DNA from: Auanema rhodensis
Lineage: Eukaryota; Animalia; Nematoda
NCBI GenBank assembly: GCA_964057225.1
Contig: OZ059898.1
Span: 21,514,001-21,578,000, forward strand
Reading direction: 5' to 3'
Length of the DNA stretch: 64,000 bases
A model generated the notes under the pieces. The model was not told the origin of the DNA. It saw nothing but the letters and a program-made list of their open reading frames with translations, and did no database searches. This document shows, one piece after another, positions 1 to 13,200 of the stretch (within the stretch, counting starts at the first letter, position 1; every line of letters starts with the position of its first letter). Position numbers and translations under genes: made by a program.

Positions 1-3000
1 GCATAAATTAAAGTACACGTAAATTTCAAAGTCATGGTTACCATGAACCAATATCAATAAAAATTTGTTTTTAGACTAATATGAACATGGGGAATCTAAT
101 TTTGAAAACCGCATCTCTTTATCTTTCACGTGAAGCGAGTTACATACCAAGTGCACATCATGTGTACATTTAATTAGCATAAATTAAAGTTCACGTAAAT
201 TTCAAAGTCATGGTTACCATGCACCAATATCAATAAAAATTTGTTTTTAGACTAATTTGGACATGGGGAATCTAATTTTGAAAACCGCATCTCTTTATCT
301 TTCACGTGAAGCGAGTTACATACCAAGTGCACATCACGTGTACATTTAATTAGCATAAATTAAAGTTCACGTAAATTTCAAAGTCATGGTTACCAGGCAC
401 CAATATCAATAAAAATTTGTTTTTAGACTAATATGGACATGGGGAATCTAATTGTGAAAACCGCATCTCTTTATCTTTCACGTGAAGCGAGTTACATACC
501 AAGTGCACATCACGTGTACATTTAATTAGCATAAATTAAAGTTCACGTAAATTTCAAAGTCATGGTTACCATGAAGCAATATCAATAAAAATTTGTTTTT
601 AGACTAATATGGACATGGGGAATCTAATTTTGAAAACCGCATCTCTTTATCTTTCACGTGAAGCGAGTTACATACCAAGTGCACATCACGTGTACATTTA
701 ATTAGCATAAATTAAAGTTCACGTAAATTTCAAAGTCATGGTTACCATGAACCAATATCAATAAAAATTTGTTTTTAGACTAATATGGACATGGGGAATC
801 TAATTTTGAAAACCGCATCTCTTTATCTTTCACGTGAAGCGAGTTACATACCAAGTGCACATCACGTGTACATTTAATTAGCATAAATTAAAGTTCACGT
901 AAATTTCAAAGTCATGGTTACCATGAACCAATATCAATAAAAATTTGTTTTTAGACTAATATGGACATGGGGAATCTAATTTTGGAAACCGCATCTCTTT
1001 ATCTTTCACGTGAAGCGAGTCACATACCAAGTGCACATCACGTGTACATTTAATTAGCATAAATTAAAGTTCACGTAAATTTCAAAGTCATGGTTACCAT
1101 GAACCAATATCAATAAAAATTTGTATTTAGACTAATATGGACATGAGGAATCTAATTTTGAAAACCGCATCTCTTTATCTTTCACGTGAAGCGAGTTACA
1201 TACCAAGTGCACATCACGTGTACATTTAATTAGCATAAATTAAAGTTCACGTAAATTTCAAAGTCATGGTTACCATGAACCAATATCAATAAAAATTTGT
1301 ATTTAGACTAATATGGACATGAGGAATCTAATTTTGAAAACCGCATCTCTTTATCTTTCACGTGAAGCGAGTTACATACCAAGTGCACATCACGTGTACA
1401 TTTAATTAGCATAAATTAAAGTTCACGTAAATTTGAAAGTCATGGTTACCATGAACCAATATCAATAAAAATTTGTTTTTAGACTAATATGGACATGGGG
1501 AATCTAATTTTGAAAACCGCATCTCTTTATCTTTCACGTGAAGCGAGTTACATACCAAGTGCACATCACGTGTACATTTAATTAGCATAAATTAAAGTTC
1601 ACGTAAATTTCAAAGTCATGGTTACCAGGCACCAATATCAATAAAAATTTGTTTTTAGACTAATATGGACATGGGGAATCTAATTGTGAAAACCGCATCT
1701 CTTTATCTTTCACGTGAAGCGAGTTACATACCAAGTGCACATCACGTGTACATTTAATTAGCATAAATTAAAGTTCACGTAAATTTCAAAGTCATGGTTA
1801 CCATGAAGCAATATCAATAAAAATTTGTTTTTAGACTAATATGGACATGGGGAATCTAATTTTGAAAACCGCATCTCTTTATCTTTCACGTGAAACGAGT
1901 TACATACCAAGTGCACATCACGTGTACATTTAATTAGCATAAATTAAAGTTCACGTAAATTTCAAAGTCATGGTTACCATGAACCAATATCAATAAAAAT
2001 TTGTATTTAGACTAATATGGACATGAGGAATCTAATTTTGAAAACCGCATCTCTTTATCTTTCACGTGAAGCGAGTTACATACCAAGTGCACATCACGTG
2101 TACATTTAATTAGCATAAATTAAAGTTCACGTAAATTTGAAAGTCATGGTTACCATGAACCAATATCAATAAAAATTTGTTTTTAGACTAATATGGACAT
2201 GGGGAATCTAATTTTGAAAACCGCATCTCTTTATCTTTCACGTGAAGCGAGTTACATACCAAGTGCACATCACGTGTACATTTGATTAGCATAAATTAAA
2301 GTACACGTAAATTTCAAAGTCATGGTTACCATGAACCAATATCAATAAAAATTTGTTTTTAGACTAATATGAACATGGGGAATCTAATTTTGAAAACCGC
2401 ATCTCTTTATCTTTCACGTGAAGCGAGTTACATACCAAGTGCACATCATGTGTACATTTAATTAGCATAAATTAAAGTTCACGTAAATTTCAAAGTCATG
2501 GTTACCATGCACCAATATCAATAAAAATTTGTTTTTAGACTAATTTGGACATGGGGAATCTAATTTTGAAAACCGCATCTCTTTATCTTTCACGTGAAGC
2601 GAGTTACATACCAAGTGCACATCACGTGTACATTTAATTAGCATAAATTAAAGTTCACGTAAATTTCAAAGTCATGGTTACCAGGCACCAATATCAATAA
2701 AAATTTGTTTTTAGACTAATATGGACATGGGGAATCTAATTGTGAAAACCGCACCTCTTTATCTTTCACGTGAAGCGAGTTACATACCAAGTGCACATCA
2801 CGTGTACATTTAATTAGCATAAATTAAAGTTCACGTAAATTTCAAAGTCATGGTTACCATGAAGCAATATCAATAAAAATTTGTTTTTAGACTAATATGG
2901 ACATGGGGAATCTAATTTTGAAAACCGCATCTCTTTATCTTTAACGTGAAGCGAGTTACATACCAAGTGCACATCACGTGTACATTTAATTAGCATAAAT

Positions 3001-5445
3001 TAAAGTTCACGTAAATTTCAAAGTCATGGTTACCATGAACCAATATCAATAAAAATTTGTTTTTAGACTAATATGGACATGGGGAATCTAATTTTGAAAA
3101 CCGCATCTCTTTATCTTTCACGTGAAGCGAGTTACATACCAAGTGCACATCACGTGTACATTTAATTAGCATAAATTAAAGTTCACGTAAATTTCAAAGT
3201 CATGGTTACCATGAACCAATATCAATAAAAATTTGTTTTTAGACTAATATGGACATGGGGAATCTAATTTTGGAAACCGCATCTCTTTATCTTTCACGTG
3301 AAGCGAGTCACATACCAAGTGCACATCACGTGTACATTTAATTAGCATAAATTAAAGTTCACGTAAATTTCAAAGTCATGGTTACCATGAACCAATATCA
3401 ATAAAAATTTGTATTTAGACTAATATGGACATGAGGAATCTAATTTTGAAAACCGCATCTCTTTATCTTTCACGTGAAGCGAGTTACATACCAAGTGCAC
3501 ATCACGTGTACATTTAATTAGCATAAATTAAAGTTCACGTAAATTTCAAAGTCATGGTTACCATGAACCAATATCAATAAAAATTTGTTTTTAGACTAAT
3601 ATGGACATGGGGAATCTAATTTTGAAAACCGCATCTCTTTATCTTTCACGTGAAGCGAGTTACATACCAAGTGCACATCACGTGTACATTTAATTATCAT
3701 AAATTAAAGTTCACGTAAATTTCAAAGTCATGGTGACCATGAACCAATATCAATAAAAATTTGTTTTTAGACTAATATGGACATGGGGAATCTAATTTTG
3801 AAAACCGCATCTCTTTATCTTTCACGTGAAGCGAGTTACATACCAAGTGCACATCACGTGTACATTTAATTAGCATAAATTAAAGTTCACGTAAATTTCA
3901 AAGTCATGGTTACCATGAACCAATATCAATAAAAATTTGTATTTAGACTAATATGGACATGAGGAATCTAATTTTGAAAACCGCATCTCTTTATCTTTCA
4001 CGTGAAGCGAGTTACATACCAAGTGCACATCACGTGTACATTTAATTAGCATAAATTAAAGTTCACGTAAATTTGAAAGTCATGGTTACCATGAACCAAT
4101 ATCAATAAAAATTTGTTTTTAGACTAATATGGACATGGGGAATCTAATTTTGAAAACCGCATCTCTTTATCTTTCACGTGAAGCGAGTTACATACCAAGT
4201 GCACATCACGTGTACATTTAATTAGCATAAATTAAAGTTCACGTAAATTTCAAAGTCATGGTTACCAGGCACCAATATCAATAAAAATTTGTTTTTAGAC
4301 TAATATGGACATGGGGAATCTAATTGTGAAAACCGCATCTCTTTATCTTTCACGTGAAGCGAGTTACATACCAAGTGCACATCACGTGTACATTTAATTA
4401 GCATAAATTAAAGTTCACGTAAATTTCAAAGTCATGGTTACCATGAAGCAATATCAATAAAAATTTGTTTTTAGACTAATATGGACATGGGGAATCTAAT
4501 TTTGAAAACCGCATCTCTTTATCTTTCACGTGAAGCGAGTTACATACCAAGTGCACATCACGTGTTCATTTAATTAGCATAAATTAAAGTTCACGTAAAT
4601 TTCAAAGTCATGGTTACCATGAACCAATATCAATAAAAATTTGTTTTTAGACTAATATGGACATGGGGAATCTAATTTTGAAAACCGCATCTCTTTATCT
4701 TTCACGTGAAGCGAGTTACATACCAAGTGCACATCACGTGTACATTTAATTAGCATAAATTAAAGTTCACGTAAATTTCAAAGTCATGGTTACCATGAAC
4801 CAATATCAATAAAAATTTGTTTTTAGACTAATATGGACATGGGGAATCTAATTTTGGAAACCGCATCTCTTTATCTTTCACGTGAAGCGAGTCACATACC
4901 AAGTGCACATCACGTGTACATTTAATTAGCATAAATTAAAGTTCACGTAAATTTCAAAGTCATGGTTACCATGAACCAATATCAATAAAAATTTGTATTT
5001 AGACTAATATGGACATGAGGAATCTAATTTTGAAAACCGCATCTCTTTATCTTTCACGTGAAGCGAGTTACATACCAAGTGCACATCACGTGTACATTTA
5101 ATTAGCATAAATTAAAGTTCACGTAAATTTCAAAGTCATGGTTACCATGAACCAATATCAATAAAAATTTGTTTTTAGACTAATATGGACATGGGGAATC
5201 TAATTTTGAAAACCGCATCTCTTTATCTTTCACGTGAAGCGAGTTACATACCAAGTGCACATCACGTGTACATTTAATTAGCATAAATTAAAGTTCACGT
5301 AAATTTCAAAGTCATGGTGACCATGAACCAATATCAATAAAAATTTGTTTTTAGACTAATATGGACATGGGGAATCTAATTTTGAAAACCGCATCTCTTT
5401 ATCTTTCACGTGAAGCGAGTTACATACCAAGTGCACATCACGTGT
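1..5445 (+). repeat. 176-bp tandem satellite array, about 31 monomers (continues off the left edge)
   Basis: GCATAAATTAAAG restarts at 1, 177, 881, 1761, 2641, 5281 (period 176). Consensus GCATAAATTAAAGTTCACGTAAATTTCAAAGTCATGGTTACCATGMACCAATATCAATAAAAATTTGTTTTTAGACTAATATGGACATGGGGAATCTAATTTTGAAAACCGCATCTCTTTATCTTTCACGTGAAGCGAGTTACATACCAAGTGCACATCACGTGTACATTTAATTA; monomers differ by only a few substitutions. Confidence 0.99.
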
Positions 5446-6782
5446 TCAAATCCGGCAATCGTTCTACTCCTTCCAATTATCGTCCTATATCTCTTACTCC
5501 TAGTCTCTCCAAGGTTTTTGAGCGTCTTATAAGCTCTCCCCTTCTCAACTTTGGCATTTCAACCGGTTCAATATCTTCTAACCAACACGCTTTTCTTCCT
5601 AAGCGTAATACGGTTTCAGCCATTATCAACAGTCATATTGCTTGGAGATCATCTATCGACAAAAACTTACCAGTTTTTGTTGCATTCATAGATTTCTCAA
5701 AAGCATTTGACCTCATCAATCACTCTATACTCATCCACAAACTTCACTCCATTGGTGTGCGTGGCTCTCTTCTATCATTTCTCAAAAATTTCATCACAAA
5801 CAGATCTTACTCAGTTTTGGTCAATAATTCTCTCTCCAACTCTACCAATTTATTGTGTGGCGTTCCCCAAGGTACTGTTTTAGGCCCTCTTCTTTTTCTT
5901 TTTTACATCAACGACATCACATCTTTTCTCCCTGATGACGTTCATTCCACTTTATTTGCTGACGATCTCAAGCTGTACAGCACTAACCGGGTAAGTCTTC
6001 AAAATGCACTCAATTCTCTTAATGATTGGTGTAACAACAACGGAATGAGAGTCAACACAAGCAAAACTAAAATAATGGTGTTTTCTGATGATAGCTCATC
6101 TCAAAAAATTGAAAAAACGTTTTCTTTCGGTGAGTTCCCTTTGTCTCTAGCATCAAGCTATAAAGACCTCGGAGTTTTAACAGACCAAAACTTATCATTT
6201 GGTAGTCACATCAACTATGTTAGCAACTTGGCAGCTCAAAAATGCCGCATTATCCTACGTTGTTTTCATTCTAGATCCCCGGTCTTAATGTTTAGACTTT
6301 TTTGTTGCTATGTTCGTCCTATTCTTGAGTACGCATCAGTCGTATGGTCACCACAGGATAACAAAAACAAAGCTCGTATAGAAAACGTACAGAAAAAGTT
6401 TTTGCGTGCAGTTTTTTGTAGGGCAGGAATTTTTTCTAGCTACGCCGATCAGCTTACCGCTCTTCAAGCCGATGATCTATCAACCAGAAGGCTGGTAACC
6501 GATCTTTTATTTTATTTTAACCATATTAAAGCTGAGGCAGAATTTAGAATTTTTGAAATTAAACTTTTTTCTCACTCTCTACGTAGACACCAATGGAATG
6601 TTGTTTTTCCGAATCTTCGGAAAAACACTTCAAGAAACGGCATCGAATACAGAGCTATAAAGGCATGGAATTCCTTACCTGAGAACCTAATTCAACAAAC
6701 AAAAATCGGAAGCTTCAAGAAACACCTCTACAATGCCCTACGAGGCTCACAACATGATCCTTCCACATTTTTATGTAGTTAA
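5361..6782 (+). CDS. Chimeric ORF: about 28 satellite-derived codons fused in frame to the truncated LINE ORF2 reverse transcriptase (no endonuclease)
   Basis: ORF track 473 aa. MDMGNLILKTASLYLSREASYIPSAHHV is satellite sequence (5361-5445); FKSGNRS onward aligns colinearly with ORF2 of element B. Expression is not demonstrated. Confidence 0.7.
   Translation: MDMGNLILKTASLYLSREASYIPSAHHVFKSGNRSTPSNYRPISLTPSLSKVFERLISSPLLNFGISTGSISSNQHAFLPKRNTVSAIINSHIAWRSSIDKNLPVFVAFIDFSKAFDLINHSILIHKLHSIGVRGSLLSFLKNFITNRSYSVLVNNSLSNSTNLLCGVPQGTVLGPLLFLFYINDITSFLPDDVHSTLFADDLKLYSTNRVSLQNALNSLNDWCNNNGMRVNTSKTKIMVFSDDSSSQKIEKTFSFGEFPLSLASSYKDLGVLTDQNLSFGSHINYVSNLAAQKCRIILRCFHSRSPVLMFRLFCCYVRPILEYASVVWSPQDNKNKARIENVQKKFLRAVFCRAGIFSSYADQLTALQADDLSTRRLVTDLLFYFNHIKAEAEFRIFEIKLFSHSLRRHQWNVVFPNLRKNTSRNGIEYRAIKAWNSLPENLIQQTKIGSFKKHLYNALRGSQHDPSTFLCS
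5440..5445 (+). other. Left target-site duplication ACGTGT (right copy 7262-7267)
   Basis: Direct repeat on both sides of element A. Length is ambiguous (4-6 bp) because the element tail ends in ...AAAC. Confidence 0.85.
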
Positions 6783-7261
6783 GTTCATTCTTGGTTATAA
6801 TCTCTTTGTTTTGTTTTTTTTTTCATATTACTCTTCGCGTTTTTGTTTTTTTCTCTTTAAATGTTTTTCTGATTATGACTAAGTGCGACAGTTTCATTTC
6901 TTTTTTCCAACCCTTCTACACTTCTTGTTACTTCGCTTCAAATCTTATAGACATGAGTCATACGGATTGAATGCAAGTTACCTCCTATTGTTAGAACGGG
7001 CTCGGCTCGAATCATGAGTACCTCCGTACCTAACAACTACCAACCGGAGGTCAGCAATTCGCTGAACAAAACCCCCTGTTCTCACTGGAAAAATTTGAAA
7101 GAAACTGCTCACTGCAACTCATTCTCAGATCATTCTCTCCCTAACTATGTTATATAATGTTTCCTATTTTTCCTGTTCCTATTGTAAGGTTCTTATACAT
7201 CCTACTACACAACTATTTACTCATTTCGTTAAACCTGTAATATTGAACATTAAACCAATAA
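5446..7261 (+). mobile_element. 5'-truncated CR1-clade-like LINE, subfamily A (RT domain, C-terminus and 3' UTR)
   Basis: Non-satellite 1816 bp flanked by ACGTGT at 5440-5445 and 7262-7267. The satellite phase shifts by 1822 bp (1816 + 6). Encodes non-LTR RT motifs YRPISLT, FIDFSKAFD, GVPQGTVLGPLLF, FADDLKLY, RPILEYASVVWSP. Ends in AACATTAAACCAATAA without poly(A). Confidence 0.95.
6874..7113 (+). ncRNA. Putative conserved structured RNA element in LINE A 3' UTR
   Basis: Blocks shared with the element B 3' UTR are mutually complementary: TATGACT/AGTCATA, CAGTTTC/GAAACTG, TACGGA/TCCGTA, ACCTCC/GGAGGT, TCAGC/GCTGA. Confidence 0.6.
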
Positions 7262-10200
7262 ACGTGTACATTTAATTAGCATAAATTAAAGTTCACGTAA
7301 ATTTCAAAGTCATGGTTACCATGAACCAATATCAATAAAAATTTGTATTTAGACTAATATGGACATGAGGAATCTAATTTTGAAAACCGCATCTCTTTAT
7401 CTTTCACGTGAAGCGAGTTACATACCAAGTGCACATCACGTGTACATTTAATTAGCATAAATTAAAGTTCACGTAAATTTGAAAGTCATGGTTACCATGA
7501 ACCAATATCAATAAAAATTTGTTTTTAGACTAATATGGACATGGGGAATCTAATTTTGAAAACCGCATCTCTTTATCTTTCACGTGAAGCGAGTTACATA
7601 CCAAGTGCACATCACGTGTACATTTAATTAGCATAAATTAAAGTTCACGTAAATTTCAAAGTCATGGTTACCATGAACCAATATCAATAAAAATTTGTTT
7701 TTAGACTAATATGGACATGGGGAATCTAATTTTGAAAACCGCATCTCTTTATCTTTCACATGAAGCGAGTTACATACCAAGTGCACATCACGTGTACATT
7801 TAATTAGCATAAATTAAAGTTCACGTAAATTTCAAAGTCATGGTTACCATGAACCAATATCAATAAAAGTTTGTTTTTAGACTAATATGGACATGGGGAA
7901 TCTAATTTTGAAAACCGCATCTCTTTATCTTTCACGTGAAGCGAGTTACATACCAAGTGCACATCACGTGTACATTTAATTAGCATAAATTAAAGTTCAC
8001 GTAAATTTCAAAGTCATGGTTACCATGCACCAATATCAATAAAAATTTGTTTTTAGACTAATATGGACATGAGGAATCTAATTTTGAAAACCGCATCTCT
8101 TTATCTTCCACGTGAAGCGAGTTACATACCAAGTGCACATCACGTGTACATTTAATTAGCATAAATTAAAGTTCACGTAAATTTCAAAGTCATGGTTACC
8201 ATGCACCAATATCAATAAAAATTTGTTTTTAGACTAATATGGACATGGGGAATCTAATTGTGAAAACCGCATCTCTTTATCTTTCACGTGAAGCGAGTTA
8301 CATACCAAGTGCACATCACGTGTACATTTAATTAGCATAAATTAAAGTTCACGTAAATTTCAAAGTCATGGTTACCATGAACCAATATCAATAAAAATTT
8401 GTTTTTAGACTAATATGGACATGGGGAATCTAATTTTGAAAACCGCATCTCTTTATCTTTCACGTGAAGCGAGTTACATACCAAGTGCACATCACGTGTA
8501 CATTTAATTAGCATAAATTAAAGTTCACGTAAATTTCAAAGTCATGGTGACCATGAACCAATATCAATAAAAATTTGTTTTTAGACTAATATGGACATGG
8601 GGAATCTAATTTTGAAAACCGCATCTCTTTATCTTTCACGTGAAGCGAGTTACATACCAAGTGCACATCACGTGTACATTTAATTAGCATAAATTAAAGT
8701 TCACGTAAATTTCAAAGTCATGGTGACCATGAACCAATATCAATAAAAATTTGTTTTTAGACTAATATGGACATGGGGAATCTAATTTTGAAAACCGCAT
8801 CTCTTTATCTTTCACGTGAAGCGAGTTACATACCAAGTGCACATCACGTGTACATTTAATTAGCATAAATTAAAGTTCATGTAAATTTCAAAGTCATGGT
8901 TACCATGAACCAATATCAATAAAAATTTGTATTTAGACTAATATGGACATGAGGAATCTAATTTTGAAAACCGCATCTCTTTATCTTTCACGTGAAGCGA
9001 GTTACATACCAAGTGCACATCACGTGTACATTTAATTAGCATAAATTAAAGTTCACGTAAATTTCAAAGTCATGGTTACCATGAACCAATATCAATAAAA
9101 ATTTGTTTTTAGACTAATATGGACATGGGGAATCTAATTTTGAAAACCGCATCTCTTTATCTTTCACGTGAAGCGAGTTACATACCAAGTGCACATCACG
9201 TGTACATTTAATTAGCATAAATTAAAGTTCACGTAAATTTCAAAGTCATGGTTACCATGAACCAATATCAATAAAAATTTGTTTTTAGACTAATATGGAC
9301 ATGGGGAATCTAATTTTGGAAACCGCATCTCTTTATCTTTCACGTGAAGCGAGTTACATACCAAGTGCACATCACGTGTACATTTAATTAGCATAAATTA
9401 AAGTTCACGTAAATTTCAAAGTCATGGTTACCATGAACCAATATCAATAAAAATTTGTTTTTAGACTAATATGGACATGGGGAATCTAATTTTGAAAACC
9501 GCATCTCTTTATCTTTCACGTGAAGCGAGTTACATACCAAGTGCACATCACGTGTACATTTAATTAGCATAAATTAAAGTTCACGTAAATTTCAAAGTCA
9601 TGGTTACCAGGCACCAATATCAATAAAAATTTGTTTTTAGACTAATATGGACATGGGGAATCTAATTGTGAAAACCGCATCTCTTTATCTTTCACGTGAA
9701 GCGAGTTACATACCAAGTGCACATCACGTGTACATTTAATTAGCATAAATTAAAGTTCACGTAAATTTCAAAGTCATGGTTACCATGCACCAATATCAAT
9801 AAAAATTTGTTTTTAGACTAATATGGACATGAGGAATCTAATTTTGAAAACCGCATCTCTTTATCTTCCACGTGAAGCGAGTTACATACCAAGTGCACAT
9901 CACGTGTACATTTAATTAGCATAAATTAAAGTTCACGTAAATTTCAAAGTCATGGTTACCAGGCACCAATATCAATAAAAATTTGTTTTTAGACTAATAT
10001 GGACATGGGGAATCTAATTGTGAAAACCGCATCTCTTTATCTTTCACGTGAAGCGAGTTACATACCAAGTGCACATCACGTGTACATTTAATTAGCATAA
10101 ATTAAAGTTCACGTAAATTTCAAAGTCATGGTTACCATGAAGCAATATCAATAAAAATTTGTTTTTAGACTAATATGGACATGGGGAATCTAATTTTGAA

Positions 10201-13200
10201 AACCGCATCTCTTTATCTTTCACGTGAAGCGAGTTACATACCAAGTGCACATCACGTGTACATTTAATTAGCATAAATTAAAGTTCACGTAAATTTCAAA
10301 GTCATGGTTACCATGAACCAATATCAATAAAAATTTGTTTTTAGACTAATATGGACATGGGGAATCTAATTTTGAAAACCGCATCTCTTTATCTTTCACG
10401 TGAAGCGAGTTACATACCAAGTGCACATCACGTGTACATTTAATTAGCATAAATTAAAGTTCACGTAAATTTCAAAGTCATGGTTACCATGAACCAATAT
10501 CAATAAAAATTTGTTTTTAGACTAATATGGACATGGGGAATCTAATTTTGGAAACCGCATCTCTTTATCTTTCACGTGAAGCGAGTCACATACCAAGTGC
10601 ACATCACGTGTACATTTAATTAGCATAAATTAAAGTTCACGTAAATTTCAAAGTCATGGTTACCATGAACCAATATCAATAAAAATTTGTATTTAGACTA
10701 ATATGGACATGAGGAATCTAATTTTGAAAACCGCATCTCTTTATCTTTCACGTGAAGCGAGTTACATACCAAGTGCACATCACGTGTACATTTAATTAGC
10801 ATAAATTAAAGTTCACGTAAATTTCAAAGTCATGGTTACCATGAACCAATATCAATAAAAATTTGTTTTTAGACTAATATGGACATGGGGAATCTAATTT
10901 TGAAAACCGCATCTCTTTATCTTTCACGTGAAGCGAGTTACATACCAAGTGCACATCACGTGTACATTTAATTAGCATAAATTAAAGTTCACGTAAATTT
11001 CAAAGTCATGGTGACCATGAACCAATATCAATAAAAATTTGTTTTTAGACTAATATGGACATGGGGAATCTAATTTTGAAAACCGCATCTCTTTATCTTT
11101 CACGTGAAGCGAGTTACATACCAAGTGCACATCACGTGTACATTTAATTAGCATAAATTAAAGTTCACGTAAATTTCAAAGTCATGGTTACCATGAACCA
11201 ATATCAATAAAAATTTGTATTTAGACTAATATGGACATGAGGAATCTAATTTTGAAAACCGCATCTCTTTATCTTTCACGTGAAGCGAGTTACATACCAA
11301 GTGCACATCACGTGTACATTTAATTAGCATAAATTAAAGTTCACGTAAATTTGAAAGTCATGGTTACCATGAACCAATATCAATAAAAATTTGTTTTTAG
11401 ACTAATATGGACATGGGGAATCTAATTTTGAAAACCGCATCTCTTTATCTTTCACGTGAAGCGAGTTACATACCAAGTGCACATCACGTGTACATTTAAT
11501 TAGCATAAATTAAAGTTCACGTAAATTTCAAAGTCATGGTTACCATGAACCAATATCAATAAAAATTTGTTTTTAGACTAATATGGACATGGGGAATCTA
11601 ATTTTGAAAACCGCATCTCTTTATCTTTCACGTGAAGCGAGTTACATACCAAGTGCACATCACGTGTACATTTAATTAGCATAAATTAAAGTTCACGTAA
11701 ATTTCAAAGTCATGGTTACCATGAACCAATATCAATAAAAATTTGTTTTTAGACTAACATGGACATGGGGAATCTAATTTTGAAAACCGCATCTCTTTAT
11801 CTTTCACGTGAAGCGAGTTACATACCAAGTGCACATCACGTGTACATTTAATTAGCATAAATTAAAGTTCACGTAAATTTCAAAGTCATGGTTACCATGC
11901 ACCAATATCAATAAAAATTTGTTTTTAGACTAATATAGACATGAGGAATCTAATTTTGAAAACCGCATCTCTTTATCTTCCACGTGAAGCGAGTTACATA
12001 CCAAGTGCACATCACGTGTACATTTAATTAGCATAAATTAAAGTTCACGTAAATTTCAAAGTCATGGTTACCATGCACCAATATCAATAAAAATTTGTTT
12101 TTAGACTAATATGGACATGGGGAATCTAATTGTGAAAACCGCATCTCTTTATCTTTCACGTGAAGCGAGTTACATACCAAGTGCACATCACGTGTACATT
12201 TAATTAGCATAAATTAAAGTTCACGTAAATTTCAAAGTCATGGTTACCATGAACCAATATCAATAAAAATTTGTTTTTAGACTAATATGGACATAGGGAA
12301 TCTAATTTTGAAAACCGCATCTCTTTATCTTTCACGTGAAGCGAGTTACATACCAAGTGCACATCACGTGTACATTTAATTAGCATAAATTAAAGTTCAC
12401 GTAAATTTCAAAGTCATGGTTACCATGAACCAATATCAATAAAAATTTGTTTTTAGACTAATATGGACATGAGGAATCTAATTTTGAAAACCGCATCTCT
12501 TTATCTTCCACGTGAAGCGAGTTACATACCAAGTGCACATCACGTGTACATTTAATTAGCATAAATTAAAGTTCACGTAAATTTCAAAGTCATGGTTACC
12601 ATGAACCAATATCAATAAAAATTTGTTTTTAGACTAATATGGACATGGGGAATCTAATTTTGAAAACCGCATCTCTTTATCTTTCACGTGAAGCGAGTTA
12701 CATACCAAGTGCACATCACGTGTACATTTAATTAGCATAAATTAAAGTTCACGTAAATTTCAAAGTCATGGTTACCATGCACCAATATCAATAAAAATTT
12801 GTTTTTAGACTAATATGGACATGAGGAATCTAATTTTGAAAACCGCATCTCTTTATCTTCCACGTGAAGCGAGTTACATACCAAGTGCACATCACGTGTA
12901 CATTTAATTAGCATAAATTAAAGTTCACGTAAATTTCAAAGTCATGGTTACCATGCACCAATATCAATAAAAATTTGTTTTTAGACTAATATGGACATGG
13001 GGAATCTAATTGTGAAAACCGCATCTCTTTATCTTTCACGTGAAGCGAGTTACATACCAAGTGCACATCACGTGTACATTTAATTAGCATAAATTAAAGT
13101 TCACGTAAATTTCAAAGTCATGGTTACCATGAACCAATATCAATAAAAATTTGTTTTTAGACTAATATGGACATGGGGAATCTAATTTTGAAAACCGCAT

